Source of the DNA: Octopus sinensis
Lineage: Eukaryota
Reading direction: 5' to 3'
Length of the DNA stretch: 64,000 nt
NCBI RefSeq assembly: GCF_006345805.1
Contig: NC_043007.1
Location: 68,758,001-68,822,000, forward strand
The first letter of the stretch is position 1. Each line of letters starts with the position of its first letter. Positions 13,290-25,425 of the stretch are shown here, one piece after another. Both the position numbers and the translations under genes were made by a program. A model generated the notes under the pieces. That model saw only the letters and a program-made list of their open reading frames with translations, made no database searches and was not told the DNA's origin.

Positions 13290-13455
13290 TTTGGAATACT
13301 CACGTACACGACGGGCCTCTTTCGGTTTCCTTCTATCAAATCTACTCATAAGGCCTTGGTCGGGCCGGGCCAATCCTAGAGGGTGCCAGGCAGTAGGATT
13401 GAACTTGAAACAACGTAGTTGGGGACAAAGCCTCTTACCACAAAACCACCACTGC
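13290..13455 (-). mobile_element. Old SINE-A 5' half
   Basis: Reverse complement aligns with the head/central part of the other SINE-A copies. Confidence 0.65.
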
Positions 13456-13504
13456 ACCTATTGTGTCTATTTGGTTCTCGATAAAGGTGCATTAATTTTC
13501 ACTA

Positions 13505-13612
13505 GTTGAGATAACTCTTCGACGTTCATTAAAGCTCTTCCTCCTTCTGCTCTTTTCCAGTATAACCGGCCCACAGCAAATTGGGGATGCACACTTCTGT
13601 ATATTAGGAGAT
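13505..13612 (-). pseudogene. R4/Dong-like ORF fragment
   Basis: Translates to VHPQFAVGRLYWKRAEGGRALMNVEE, matching HHPKADTERLYLPRKEGGRGL in the 30.8 kb copy. Confidence 0.6.
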
Positions 13613-13620
13613 GTCTCCAG

Positions 13621-13790
13621 GGCTGTGTGGTAAGTAGCTTGCTTACGAGCCACATAGTTCCGGGTGCAGTCCCACTGCGTGGCACCTTAGCCAAGCGTCT
13701 TTTAATATAGCCTCGGGCCGACCAAAGCCTTGTGAGTGGATTTGGTAGACGGAAACTGAAAAGAATCCCGTCGTATATATGTATATATAC

Positions 13791-13839
<49 letters not shown>

Positions 13840-14085
13840 CATATATATATATGTATGTATGTATGCGTGTGTATATGTTTATGTGTCTGTGTTTGTCCCC
13901 CAACATCGCTTGACACCCGATGCAGGTGTGTTTACGTCCCTGTAACTTAACAGTTCGGCAAAAGGCTCGATAGAATAAGTACTAGGTTTCCAAAGAATAA
14001 GTCCTGGGGTCGATTTGCTCGACTAAAGGCGGCGCTCCAGCATGACCACAGTCACCTGACTGAAACAAGTAAAAGAGTAAAGAGT
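13621..14085 (+). mobile_element. SINE-A, full length with internal (TA)/(TACA) microsatellite
   Basis: A box GGCTGTGTGG, B-box-like GGTGCAGTCCC, conserved body, (TAAAAGAG)-type tail. Confidence 0.92.
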
Positions 14086-14502
14086 ACAACATCCTTCAGC
14101 TCATCATTTTTTTATCATAAGTAATTCCAACTCCATAACTAATTAAAGTTGTTATTATGATGTTTACTGCGTTATATTTGGATTTGCTAAAATACGTATT
14201 GTACAAATGCTTTCTTTATTCACATACTTTTGGTTATGCCGCTTTTCTATATTCCTGGATTTTGAGATGATAATGACTTTACATTCTCATCATTAAGCAC
14301 TGTCATTATTCCAGTACTCTTTATGGGTTTCATTTATATTGCATATTGCTTGATTCTAAAAGTCATTTCTAAATATGTAATCATTTGTACTCAAGGGCAC
14401 AACACGATATTTCTATTTCTATAAAATGTTCAATTATTTGCGGAGATGATGATCATGATAATGATGAGGATGTTGATAATGATGATAATGACTTTTCTTC
14501 TT

Positions 14503-14533
<31 letters not shown>

Positions 14534-14539
14534 TTATTA

Positions 14540-14585
<46 letters not shown>

Positions 14586-14796
14586 TAGTTTTATTTTTAT
14601 AGCGTGCTTTCACTTCACTACCGAGCGCAGCTCTGTGTGCCTTGGGTATGTGCTGTGATTTGTTGTGATGCTCTGATGGTTATTGTATGGAAAGTGTTCT
14701 GCGTAGGATGTGTGCAGTGCCTAGTAGTGCAATTTTCTGTATGTTATATGTGTTTGTAAGTCCTGGTGTTATTATTATTATATTATATTATTATTA

Positions 14797-14835
<39 letters not shown>

Positions 14836-14904
14836 TACTACTACTATTATTATTATTATATTATTATTATTATTATTATTATTATCATTATTATTATTAT
14901 TATT

Positions 14905-14940
<36 letters not shown>

Positions 14941-14942
14941 AT

Positions 14943-15372
14943 CGAGTGAGACAGCAGTGCATGCCATTAAAGTGACACTGGGGTATAAATATACGAAGCC
15001 CAGTATACCCATCATGACCACCCGTCTGAGAAGGGTACACCAGGAACATGCATCACGGCCATATGTGCGCAGGTGTGGCCCAGTTACAATTTTCTTCGGG
15101 TTGAGTAGCCCATCCCGCTCAAAAGCTTTCTGAATAAGGGTTCTTTAAGGATTTTGGACAAAACATTCATGTTTCCAGTGGTGAGTTATCCAAACCACAA
15201 AGAATTTCTTTTAACATATGACTATGATGCTTCCCCATTACTTTTACTCGTTATCAGAGATCCACATATTGTCAGCCACTAAGGGACAAACTCAACTAGT
15301 TATGGTTAAACAACTGACAAGTAGATCTTTGGTATTGGGCAGAATATTTGCGGTAGCCTATCTTTTATGACC
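14943..15372 (-). mobile_element. TAA-tract element copy 1 (non-coding; left end intact, right end truncated, internal deletion)
   Basis: Aligns to 15486-15995 and, in reverse complement, to 32322-32873; flanked by (TTA/TTG)n on both sides. Confidence 0.9.
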
Positions 15373-15409
15373 ATTATTATTATTACTATTATTATTATCA
15401 TTATTATTA

Positions 15410-15473
<64 letters not shown>

Positions 15474-15485
15474 CATTATTATTAT

Positions 15486-15995
15486 TGAGTGAGAGAGCAG
15501 TTCATGCCATCAAAGTGACACTGGGGTAAAATATACGAAGCCCAATATACCCATCATGACTACCCGTCTGATAAAGGTACACCAAGCACATGCATCACAA
15601 CCATATGTGCGCGACATGGTGATCTCATATCAAGATAAACAGCACATGACCTTGCAGGTGGGGTCCAGTTAGAATTTTCTTCAGGTTGAGTAGCCCATCC
15701 CGCTCAAACAGTCCCTGAATAAGGGTTGTTTAAGGATGTTGAAAGAACCACCCATGTTTCCAGAGGTGAACTATTCAAACCCCAAAGAATCCCTCTCAGC
15801 ACATAGCTATAATGCTCCCCCACTACTTCTGCTCGTGATCAGAGATGCACATATCGTCAGCCACTAAGGGACATGCTCAACTGGTTATGGTCAAACAACT
15901 GACAAGCAAATCTGTGGTATTGAGCAGAATAACACTTCCAATCAGTTAAGATCAGAAGCCATGAGAGCCACTGCCTGGTACTGCATCAGGGCATT
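15486..15995 (-). mobile_element. TAA-tract element copy 2 (near full length)
   Basis: tgagtgagagagcag...ctgcatcagggcatt between (TTA)n tracts; lacks a ~45 bp segment present in the 32.3 kb copy. Confidence 0.92.
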
Positions 15996-16018
15996 TTATT
16001 ATATTATTATTATTATTA

Positions 16019-16048
<30 letters not shown>

Positions 16049-16049
<1 letters not shown>

Positions 16050-16320
16050 GAAAGACTCTCGGATAGTTGTTAATTACCGGTCATTTTTTACTTGAAAGCA
16101 GGTAATAACAGAAGTAGTGCCTTCTCCTGTGACTCAAAGAGACAATACTCTCCTTAGAATGCGAGCTGTACCCAACAATGCTACCTTCTGGATCAGCTCA
16201 AGTAGCTCCAATATTCTTAATATTCTTTTCAAAGCACTTGGAAACTATTCCTAATGCTCCAATTATCGCCTGTATCACCATTACTTTCCTTATGCCCCAT
16301 AACTTTCCTAGTATTTCTTA
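16049..16320 (-). mobile_element. R4/Dong-like 3' end
   Basis: KLWGIRKVMVIQAIIGALGIVSK..LIQKVALLGTARILRRVLSL*, short UTR, then (TAA)n on the sense strand. Confidence 0.8.
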
Positions 16321-16344
16321 ATCTTTCCACTAACAGAAGACAAA

Positions 16345-17039
16345 TCTTGGGCCAGAGATGAAGCGGCACAACGGATGTGGCGAATATTACGCGCAGTTAA
16401 AATAGAAATTTATTGAGAGAATAATGGATTCAAGGCTTCATTGTGACATATTACAGAAAGCAATGTTGAAAAGTATCAAGGAACTAGGAAGTCATTCCAT
16501 GTTCCAACATGATAACGATCCTAAACACACTTTAAAAATGACGACTAAGTTTTTGTTAGATAAAAAGGTAAATGTATTTCCTTGGCCTACCCTGTTACCT
16601 GATTTAAACCCAATAGAATATCAGTGGGTTCTTTTGAAAAGGAGGATTGAGGAGAAAAAATCCCGCAATGTAACAAAGTTGAAAGACGAAATTCAGGATG
16701 AATGGAGGTAGATTTCATCGGTTATATGTGGAAATTCAGTCGACTCTATGCCCAGAAGATTTAATGCAGTCACTGAAAGCAAGGGCGGTCACACCAAATA
16801 TTGAATATAGCAAATAATCCTTTAGAGTGTACGTAATTTTCTATCGTTTGAAAAATTAATATTTCGTTCATATCTTTGAAAATGTTTATTGTTTTGTGTT
16901 CTAAAATTGTATGATGTTTGCTTGCATAATATTATATATGTTATTCAGTATAAATTTCTTTCGATTTCCTGCAATGTTATCAGAGTAATGGCAATTTTAC
17001 TGAAAATTTTCAGGGGCGTACACATACTTCTGTGAGATA

Positions 17040-17042
<3 letters not shown>
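16345..17042 (+). mobile_element. Tc1-like DNA transposon, 3' half with right terminus
   Basis: FQHDNDPKH..WPTLLPDLNPIE (DD34E region), DSMPRRFNAV..KGGHTKY*. The terminus reads TA-CAGTATCTCACAGAAGT on the minus strand. Confidence 0.88.
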
Positions 17043-17131
<89 letters not shown>

Positions 17132-17162
17132 TGTGTGTATACATACGTACATATGTATATAT

Positions 17163-17215
<53 letters not shown>

Positions 17216-17230
17216 GTATATATATATCTA

Positions 17231-17692
17231 TTAGGTTGTTCAGAAAGTTGTAATTATATTCCTTTTTGAAAAAAGAAGACGCTGCAAGGACTTGCAAAAA
17301 CTTTTGTGAAGTATTGGTGATGATACTGTAGGTGAATCAACTGTTCGAAGATGGTTTGAAAAATTTAAAGCTGGAGAGTTTAGCTCGGAAGATGGCAGTC
17401 ACAGTGGAAGACCTTCAAAATTGGATGAAAATGTTTAGAAGAAAAAAATCGAAGAGAACTCAAATATAAAGATTAGAGAACTTACAGAGGTGTTGGAAGT
17501 TTCTAAAAGTACGACTCATGAACACCTAGTGAATACCATTTCTCTCTGTAATATATGGCTCACATCAAACTCACAGAAAATAATTGCTTTGGCTGGTATT
17601 CCGCTTGTGATATGCTTTTGAAACAGAATGAAAGCATGCCTTTTTCGAAACAACTTGTGACTGGTGGTCAAAATTGAGGTTGTTGATTTTGT
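17231..17692 (+). mobile_element. mariner remnant: left TIR plus HTH/N-terminal transposase, decayed
   Basis: TA then TTAGGTTGTTCAGAAAGT; TVRRWFEKFKAGEFS.ED..HSGRPS, IRELTEVLEVSKST, LVTG. Confidence 0.85.
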
Positions 17693-17885
17693 GTCTACTG
17701 GGGTTTGTACTGTTTGTCAGGTCACAACAAGAAAATCAGACAGACAGAACTTTACGTAATATGCGTCCTGTTCAAAGTATAGCCGACTTTTTGCAATTCA
17801 TCTAGATTCTAGGGTATTTCTAAAGTTTCCAGATGATTTTTTTCAGATTGGGTTGTATTGAACCCAATTATTATTGTTATTTTAT

Positions 17886-18350
17886 TGTTTTTGCACAGCT
17901 TCTAACGATAGAGCTGTAGTACGGTGTCAGCTGTTCACTCCCAGTGAACTAAGGTAACACCCCTAATTTTTCGAGCACCTGAGCGGTTCCAAGCAGTGCT
18001 GTTCTTTGCAATTTCTCCACCCTTATTGCAGCTCCTATTCGTTCCAACATTTTTACTCACTGTTCCTAGAGCTCCGACAATTATTGGTAATACTACCATC
18101 TTTTCAACGACCACAACTGCTTAAACTCCTAAGCTAACCTGTTATATCTATCGACTTTTCTTTCTCCCTTTTCGCATGCCTTGTTGTTAGCTGGGTATGC
18201 TATATCTATGATCCAGAATCGTTTGCATTCTTTCTCAATTAACACGATGACTGGTTTCCGATTCTCTATCTCACCCTCGCACTGAATCATTAAATCCCAT
18301 AGTTTTTTTGCATTATAATTTTCGATGATGCCGTCGGGTTTATGTTCGTA
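17886..18350 (-). mobile_element. R4/Dong-like 3' fragment (lineage shared with 43246-44708)
   Basis: YEHKPDGIIEN..WDLMIQC..IENRKP..WIIDIA.P, VVLPIIVGALG; the 3' UTR matches 44640-44705 and ends in aataaaataacaataataa. Confidence 0.85.
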
Positions 18351-18438
18351 TGTGTGTGTGTGTGCGTGTGTGCATGTGTGTGTGCGTGTGTGCATGTGTG
18401 TGTGCGTGTGTGCATGTGTGTGTGCGTAGATAAATGTG

Positions 18439-18474
<36 letters not shown>

Positions 18475-19051
18475 ATATATATATACTCACTGATATACTG
18501 TATATATATGAAGCGAAAGCAAATAATTAAAAAGGACAAAAGTACATGTGACACTCATTGTTAATATTATTAGGTTGAGACTTGATTTTTCGAAAATTGT
18601 TTTTCTTCGGGTAAGGGAGGAAATTTAGGAGAGAAGGAAGAGAAGAATTATTAATATAACTATGTACAAAAATTCGGTCAAGTTTTATTTTATTTTATTT
18701 TAGATTCTACGTATTCTGTTAGGCTTTTCATCGCTGATTTGCAATAATAAACTCCTAAATTCGTATTCAACTTTTCCAGATCATCCATGGTAGGACTTAG
18801 GATAAGAGTAGGTTATAAATTAAAAAATTTAAAAAATTAAAAAATATAAGTATAGCTTTAAAATAAAAGGACTAAATTAAAATATGAAGTGGAACGATAG
18901 TCTGACACGTTTTTATGACGATGTGGTACAGGAAAAATGTGAAAGAAGGTAAAAGAATGATACAAAAAAATGTCGGATAGAAAAGGATTGAGTGCGAGAT
19001 AGAACACGAAACAACGAGAGAGAGAGAAAGGGGGGGGATAAATAGATAGAT

Positions 19052-21973
19052 CAGAGGTGGGCGAACTTTTTTGATCGCGAGCCGCACAGTGCATCTTTGG
19101 AACCTTGGCGGGCCTCATTTATAAAAATCAAGTGAAAATATTTTTAAAGGCGGTTATAGACCTATAAACACACAATTGATTGAAAGGAAATGTGAAATAT
19201 TCCTGGTTTAAGTGATTTAATTTATTTTTTAGAGCATCGGGTTCATGTTTTTCGGTTATTTGCTCCTATAGTTGAAATTTTTACAGGAACCTCGGTTATT
19301 TTGGACAGCCTGTTATTGCTTACAAATTGCCAGGAACGGAATTTTCCTAGTAAAATCTGCACTAATTGTGGACAACCACCTCTTAATATTATGGACAACC
19401 ATGATGAATATTATACTTAAATTCTAGGATACCCAAAATAAAAGATTTTAAAGAGAAATAGCAGTTTATTAATATGAATTGATATCTGAAATTAGAAACG
19501 TCACCCGAAGCATTTATTTGAAAAACAAAGCGGCTCTGTAAATAACAATGTCAATGAGAATGATGCAGCTGACTACTGTCATTTACCAGTTTGTCAAAAT
19601 TAGGTGTCAAGTTGCTTGTGCTGATTCTTAACACTAACTGAAGATTTGAGTCTGTGAGAAGTGATCGATTCTTCCCCTTGTTAATTTTCATGATGGAGAA
19701 AGTCTGCTCACATATGTAAGTTGATGCAAACAACACAAACATCTTTCTTGCAAATGTTTTTAGATTTTGAAACTTTTTTGAATGTAGAGAAGCATAAAAC
19801 TCGACCAGTGGTTTACTTTCAAACATCATCTTTAAAGAATTGTCGGCTTGCAAATGAATCAGTTTTATCTGCAGTTCCTCGGTAGTTGTTTCAATGTCAC
19901 AGGCAAGAGGTGAGTTAAGCAAATCGAACAGGCCTTCAACTGCCTTGAAATCAGCAAATCTTCTAATAAATTCCTTTTGTAAAGCCATCAAATGGGAACT
20001 GTACTTGTCCGATGATTCTTGTGTAACAGACTGTGTTTTCAGCAGAGGGAAGTGAATAAATTTTTGCTCATTCAGCTGCTTGGCAAAAAGTCCAAGCTTC
20101 CATCGAAAAGCTTTCACTTCCAGGTACAATTCATGAGCAAATATACCTTTGCCTTGCAGTTTTGTGTTAAGTTCATTCAGCTTCTGCATTATGTCCATAG
20201 CAAATGCAAAATCACAAACCCATTCGTCACTCTCCATTTCGTTTAAAAAGTCACAGGAGATGTTTTGCATTTTGAGAAACATAAGAATCTCTGCTTTGAG
20301 GTCCCATACTCTCTTAAGAACTTTTCCAATGCTTAACCAGTGGACATTTGTGTAGTACAGCACATCAGTAAAATCAGCCTCCACATCCTCCAAGAAACTT
20401 CGGAATTGCCTGTGTTTCAATCCCCGTGATCTTATTAAATTCACTGCACGCACCACAGGTTCGATCACATGTTTGAGTTTTAAATATGATTTACAAAGGC
20501 TTTCTTGATGTATGATGCAGTGAAAAGACAACACACTGTGTAGTGGAAAATCTTCTTTGATTTTGTCATTCAACAACTTCACAAGGCCGGAACGTTTACC
20601 GGTGAGTGAAGGAGCTCCATCGGTTGTAATGCTGGCCAGTTTATTTAGGGTTAATCCAGACCTGATTGAACTGTTAATGACACTGTTGAACAAATCTTTT
20701 CCAGTAGTAGTGTCTTTGAGAGACTCCATAGATAACAATTCCTCTGTAATTTCAAAGTTTTCGTCAATTCCTCTGATGTAAATGAGTAACTGAGCAGTAT
20801 CCTGAATATCAGTACTCTCATCTAAAGCAATAGAAAACCACTGAAATCGAGCACTGGCTGTTAACAGCTGTTCATGAATATTCACGGCAATTGCATCAAT
20901 GCGACGAACAATAGTTCTTCGTGACAGGGAAATGGCTTCTACTTTTGACTTAACTTCAGGACACACAACGCTGACAGCATCAACCATACAATCTTTAATA
21001 AATTCTGCTTCTGCGAATGACTTGTTTTGCTTTGCAATTTTGTTGGCCAATATAAAACTTGCCTTTGTCGCGTTCCTTTGTAAAGAGGAAGTTTTATCAA
21101 ACACATTTTGCTGTTGCTTCAAACGTTTTGTCAGATCATTTGCTTTCTTTTGCAGTTCTTGTTTTGATAAATTGTGTCCAAAATTGGCATGCTTCGTTTG
21201 AAAGTGGCGTTTCAAATTATATTCCTTGAACACAGCAACTGTTTCAGAACAAATCAAACATGCAGCTTTCACTCCAACGTCAGTAAAGAAATACTTTTCA
21301 GTCCAATTTTCATTAAAAACACGACATTCCTCTTCAATTTTTCGCTTTTTAGATAGCTTCGAACAACTCATTTTGGGTAAATGTTATCAGACAACAAAAG
21401 CTAGTTTGAAACACTCGTGTCTGTACTAAATTCAAATAATCGATAGAGTGAATGATAACCAACCACAGCTCTGTGTCCAGAAAAAGCTGGTTCAAGCCAT
21501 TTTATTAACCTGGCCGGCTTCTTCATTGGAACGAAACGCATCGTCCATCATGCCCTCTTCACCATCTATCACGTGATGTATTTATTTGAATGTTTCAAGC
21601 ATATCGATTGACTCGTTGTATTGCCACAATACTTGTTTCATTGTTCTATTAATTTTTGAGTTTGTAGGGTCTGACGAGAAAACACAGAAAAGATATCTTC
21701 ACCCGGAAATGTGTTTTATTATGCTGTCATGGGAATATTTCTCAAAATTTTTCCTCGCTTCACAGTAGCTGAAACAAACAAACAGCGGACAATTTTGTGA
21801 AGGCGCGAAACAGTGAACTGAAATAAAATGCAAACTATTGTGAATTACCGTACAACTGAAACAGTTACGAAGTATCTGCATAGAAGTTGGGATTCATAAA
21901 AGCTCTCGGCGGGCCGCATGAAAACCTATGGCGGGCCGCATGCGGCCCATGGGCCGTAGTTTGCCCACCCCGG
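19052..21973 (-). mobile_element. Full-length-sized hAT DNA transposon (Buster/Charlie group, SPIN/OC1-like), 2922 bp
   Basis: Imperfect 15-bp TIRs CAGAGGTGGGCGAAC / CCGGGGTGGGCAAAC, subterminal GCGGGCCGCA repeats and a central transposase ORF. 8-bp flanks agatagat vs agtaatat do not form a clean TSD. Confidence 0.92.
19551..21371 (-). CDS. hAT transposase, GTF2IRD2/SPIN-like, 606 aa, open frame
   Basis: BED finger (CLIC...HFQTKH), ALDESTD, TTDGA, HCIIH (CxxH), FASTYICEQTFS dimerisation domain. Confidence 0.93.
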   Translation of the reverse strand: MSCSKLSKKRKIEEECRVFNENWTEKYFFTDVGVKAACLICSETVAVFKEYNLKRHFQTKHANFGHNLSKQELQKKANDLTKRLKQQQNVFDKTSSLQRNATKASFILANKIAKQNKSFAEAEFIKDCMVDAVSVVCPEVKSKVEAISLSRRTIVRRIDAIAVNIHEQLLTASARFQWFSIALDESTDIQDTAQLLIYIRGIDENFEITEELLSMESLKDTTTGKDLFNSVINSSIRSGLTLNKLASITTDGAPSLTGKRSGLVKLLNDKIKEDFPLHSVLSFHCIIHQESLCKSYLKLKHVIEPVVRAVNLIRSRGLKHRQFRSFLEDVEADFTDVLYYTNVHWLSIGKVLKRVWDLKAEILMFLKMQNISCDFLNEMESDEWVCDFAFAMDIMQKLNELNTKLQGKGIFAHELYLEVKAFRWKLGLFAKQLNEQKFIHFPLLKTQSVTQESSDKYSSHLMALQKEFIRRFADFKAVEGLFDLLNSPLACDIETTTEELQIKLIHLQADNSLKMMFESKPLVEFYASLHSKKFQNLKTFARKMFVLFASTYICEQTFSIMKINKGKNRSLLTDSNLQLVLRISTSNLTPNFDKLVNDSSQLHHSH

Positions 21974-22870
21974 AGTAATATCGAGATTAAACAGCCGAAA
22001 TTACTAAGATGATCCGGTTCCCGGCTGAAGATTAGAGGCTTCGAGTGACCCGTCTGTTTTTTGTGTCGTCTCTTTGTGTGTTTTTGCGTTCTTGTCCCAC
22101 TTTGTAATTTATATTTTATATTTAATTTCTATACATATATATATATATATAGGGAAAAATTCTTATGAATTAACCCCAAATTGGGACCAATACGGTAATA
22201 AGGGATTTTTTAGAAACTTCTATCGGCTTGTTTCGAGACGCATAAATTATAATGGTTACTGACAATTTTGTCTTTTTTTCGGCATATTTGGCATTAGAAT
22301 TTTTCTTTTGCCCTTATTTTATAAGTTATAAATATATATATATATATATATATATTAAGGTATGTAGAAAAATACAACATGGACAAGAACGTATAACTCT
22401 TAGAAGACGATACAATAAACATGGACAGGACATTCGAACCCCTCAGTCTTCAGTCAAGAACCGGATCATCGTAGTAATTTCGGCTGATTATCTTGAGATT
22501 ACTAGATCACGGCCAGCCCTCCAAGAAAAACTAAGCAACGAGCATTAGAAAAACTAAGCTGGAAGCGTAGATTCCTGGAAGAAGGATCGAATGCATACGA
22601 ACACCAGGACAGCAAAAGGGACAGATATAAAAAAAAAAAAAAAAAACAGTAATGGAATACAGAAACATGAAATACAGAAGCATTACGGTGAAAACAACAA
22701 GTGTCTTACGACTGATAACAAGCAAACAAATTTTTTCTCTGGCGCATTGGAAAAAGCCTTTATAGCGGCGGACGAAAAACAACGATGTTAACACGACGAG
22801 GGTCAGGAGCTGAAAGGCAGATTTCGGCCAACAGTCACGTGACAGAGAAGAGGGAAAAGAAAAGAAAGAG
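21974..22870. repeat. Unclassified repeat with two diverged inverted copies of a ~135-bp segment
   Basis: 21974-22110 is roughly 70 percent identical by eye to the reverse complement of 22370-22504. Confidence 0.55.
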
Positions 22871-23188
22871 AAGCAAAGGAAGAGAGAGAGAGAAAGGGGA
22901 ACAAAACGCAACAAAGAGAGAGAAGAGAGAGAAAGAAGGAATCAGAGAGGAGAAGGGATGGGTGTCGAAGAATGACCTGTGAGTGCAGAGCGAGACAAAG
23001 AAATAGGAGGGTAGTGGAAGACTAGACCAAAGGATCAGAGGAAAGAGAAGATGAATAGAGAGAAAAGAGAGAGAGAGAGGGGGACAGATCAAGTAAAAAT
23101 GAGAGAGAGAGAGAGAGACAAACAGAGAGTCGTACCAATTATTAAGATATGTGTTCACATTAATGATAAGGGGGGTACGGGGCGCCTG

Positions 23189-23228
<40 letters not shown>

Positions 23229-24571
23229 TATATATATAATATATATATAATATATGTATATTATATATATATATCAAGAAGAGAGAGAGAGAGAGGAGAG
23301 AGAGAGAGGTGGGAAAAAAGTTCCAAACTGTGTCTTCGTGTTTTCTTTTCCCTTTAAAAATAAATATTATGAAGATTAATTGCTGACATCTACAACATAA
23401 TAGGATTGTGAGAGGAACAACAATATTATAAAATAGTCTAATTATAATTAATTATATAAAATCATGCTAATTTTATATATAAAAATCATTCAAAAGCAAA
23501 ATGGCAAATGTCAAATGTTGTAGGGAATATTATTCCGAATTGTCTCTGATGTAAATCTCCGTTATCCTTCATAGGTTTGCCTTTCCTATCATCCCACCAA
23601 ACAGTTTAATCTATTAGAATTCAATAAAATTTAATACAATTCGAAAAAGAAAACTAGCTACAAGATGAGCTTAAAAATTAGAACAAAGTGTTTATATTAT
23701 TATATTTCAGTAGAATTATCTTAATATTTAGACGCGTACATTCTTATATTCACTTATGAATTCATTTCCGTTTGATGATATCAATCTCTCTCCGCCAAAT
23801 TAAAAGCTGATGGCTTAACATCTATTCCACTTAATATGTATACGAATATGTATATTACACCTGAGAGGAAGTTAAAAAAACCTCAAAGCATATTGTATTT
23901 ATAGAGTATCTGTGTATTTAAATGTTAACCGTTAGTTAAATAACACTTCACGTCTGAATATCCACTGACAGTTAAGAATTTCAGTCATTCTCTGTCACAC
24001 AATTAGTTAATAGCTGAACACTTGCCCGTCTGTTTACACTATTACAAGCTTCTATATACGATATAATGAAACTCTATAGGTCTTAGAATCTACGAGCAAT
24101 AACGAGGCATTGTAGTATGATAAGAAAATTTAACACGTAAAATATTTGAGTGTTTCGAAGATATTTTGTCTTCTCTCTTCTCTAGATATTACACATATGA
24201 CAAGACAGTTATAATCCGATTATCCAGATATGCATTAAACTATAGAATACAAAAAAGAAAAAAAATTAACGATTCTGACACAAATTTATTATCACAAATG
24301 GAGTCTAAAAATTATTATTTTTAAAAAATTTTACTTTAAACTAAAATCGAAATATAATAAAACGAAAGAACATGCGATCTTTTGCTTTGGAAACCAGCTA
24401 TGGGTAATATTATACCCCATAAGATTTCGAAATATAGTTATATTATGCAGTAGAGTAAATAGAGACATGAAAGGAAAATTCGTCTCCACTAAAACTTGAA
24501 TTCAAAAGGTACCGGAATGAAATTAAATTACTTTTCCTTTTTCGCGAAGCATATAATGGTGTCTGCCATTT

Positions 24572-25425
24572 CTTTTCTACTCTAGGCACAAGGCCCGAAA
24601 TTTTGGGGAGGGGGTGGCTAGTCGATAAGCTCGACCCCAGTTCGCAACTGGTAATTAATTTATCGACACCGAAAGGATGAAAGGCGAAGTCGATCTCAGC
24701 GGAATTTGAACTCAGAACGTAAAGACAGACGAAGTACCGCTAAGAATTTCGCCCGGCGTGCTAACGTTTCTTATTTCTTTATTGCTCACAAGGTGCTAAA
24801 CATAGAGGAGACAAACAAGGACAGACAAAGGGATTAAGTCAATTACGTCGATCCCAGTGCGTAACTGGTACTTAATTTATCGACCCCGAAAGAATGAAAG
24901 GCAAAGTCGACCTCGGCGGAATTTGAACTCAGAACGTAAAGATAGACGAAATACTGCTAAACATTTAACGTATAATAAAACTAAAGAACATGCGATCTTT
25001 TGCTTATACCCCATAAGATTTCGAAATATAGTTATATTATGCAGTAGAGTAATTAGAGACATGAAAAGAAAATTCGTCTCCACTGAAACATCTATTCCAC
25101 TGAATATGTATATGAATATGTATATTACGCCTGAGAGGACGTTAAAAACCGTCAAAGCATATTGTATTTATAGAGTATTTAGACGAAATACCTATTTCTT
25201 TACTACCCACAAGGGGCTAATCACAGAGAGGACAAACAAGGACAGACAAACGGATTAAGTCGATTATATCGATCCCAGTGCGTAACTGGTACTTAATTTA
25301 TCGACCCCGAAATGATGAAAGGCAAAGTCGACCTCGGCGTAATTTGAACTCAGAATGTTACTGCAGACGAAATACCACTAAGCATTTCGACCGGCGTGCT
25401 AACGTTTCTGCCAGCTCGCCGTCTT
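24572..25425 (-). mobile_element. SINE-B trimer containing captured local DNA, bounded by a 16-bp putative TSD
   Basis: Three units with gcctttcatcctttcggggtcgataaattaagtaccag; head at 25420; flanks atggtgtctg(c/t)cattt at 24556-24571 and 25426-25441. Confidence 0.85.

Noticed and set aside
13621-13700. tRNA genes at SINE heads (also 10770-10840, 38664, 61160-61232)
   Set aside because: A/B boxes are present but no complete cloverleaf, and each continues into a SINE body.
19044-21981. 8-bp TSD for the hAT element
   Set aside because: agatagat vs agtaatat match at only 5 of 8, and the right flank belongs to another repeat.
21990-22050. Hammerhead ribozyme (GAAA..CTGAAGA)
   Set aside because: Stem II cannot be formed and the stem I register is off by one; not supportable without a covariance model.
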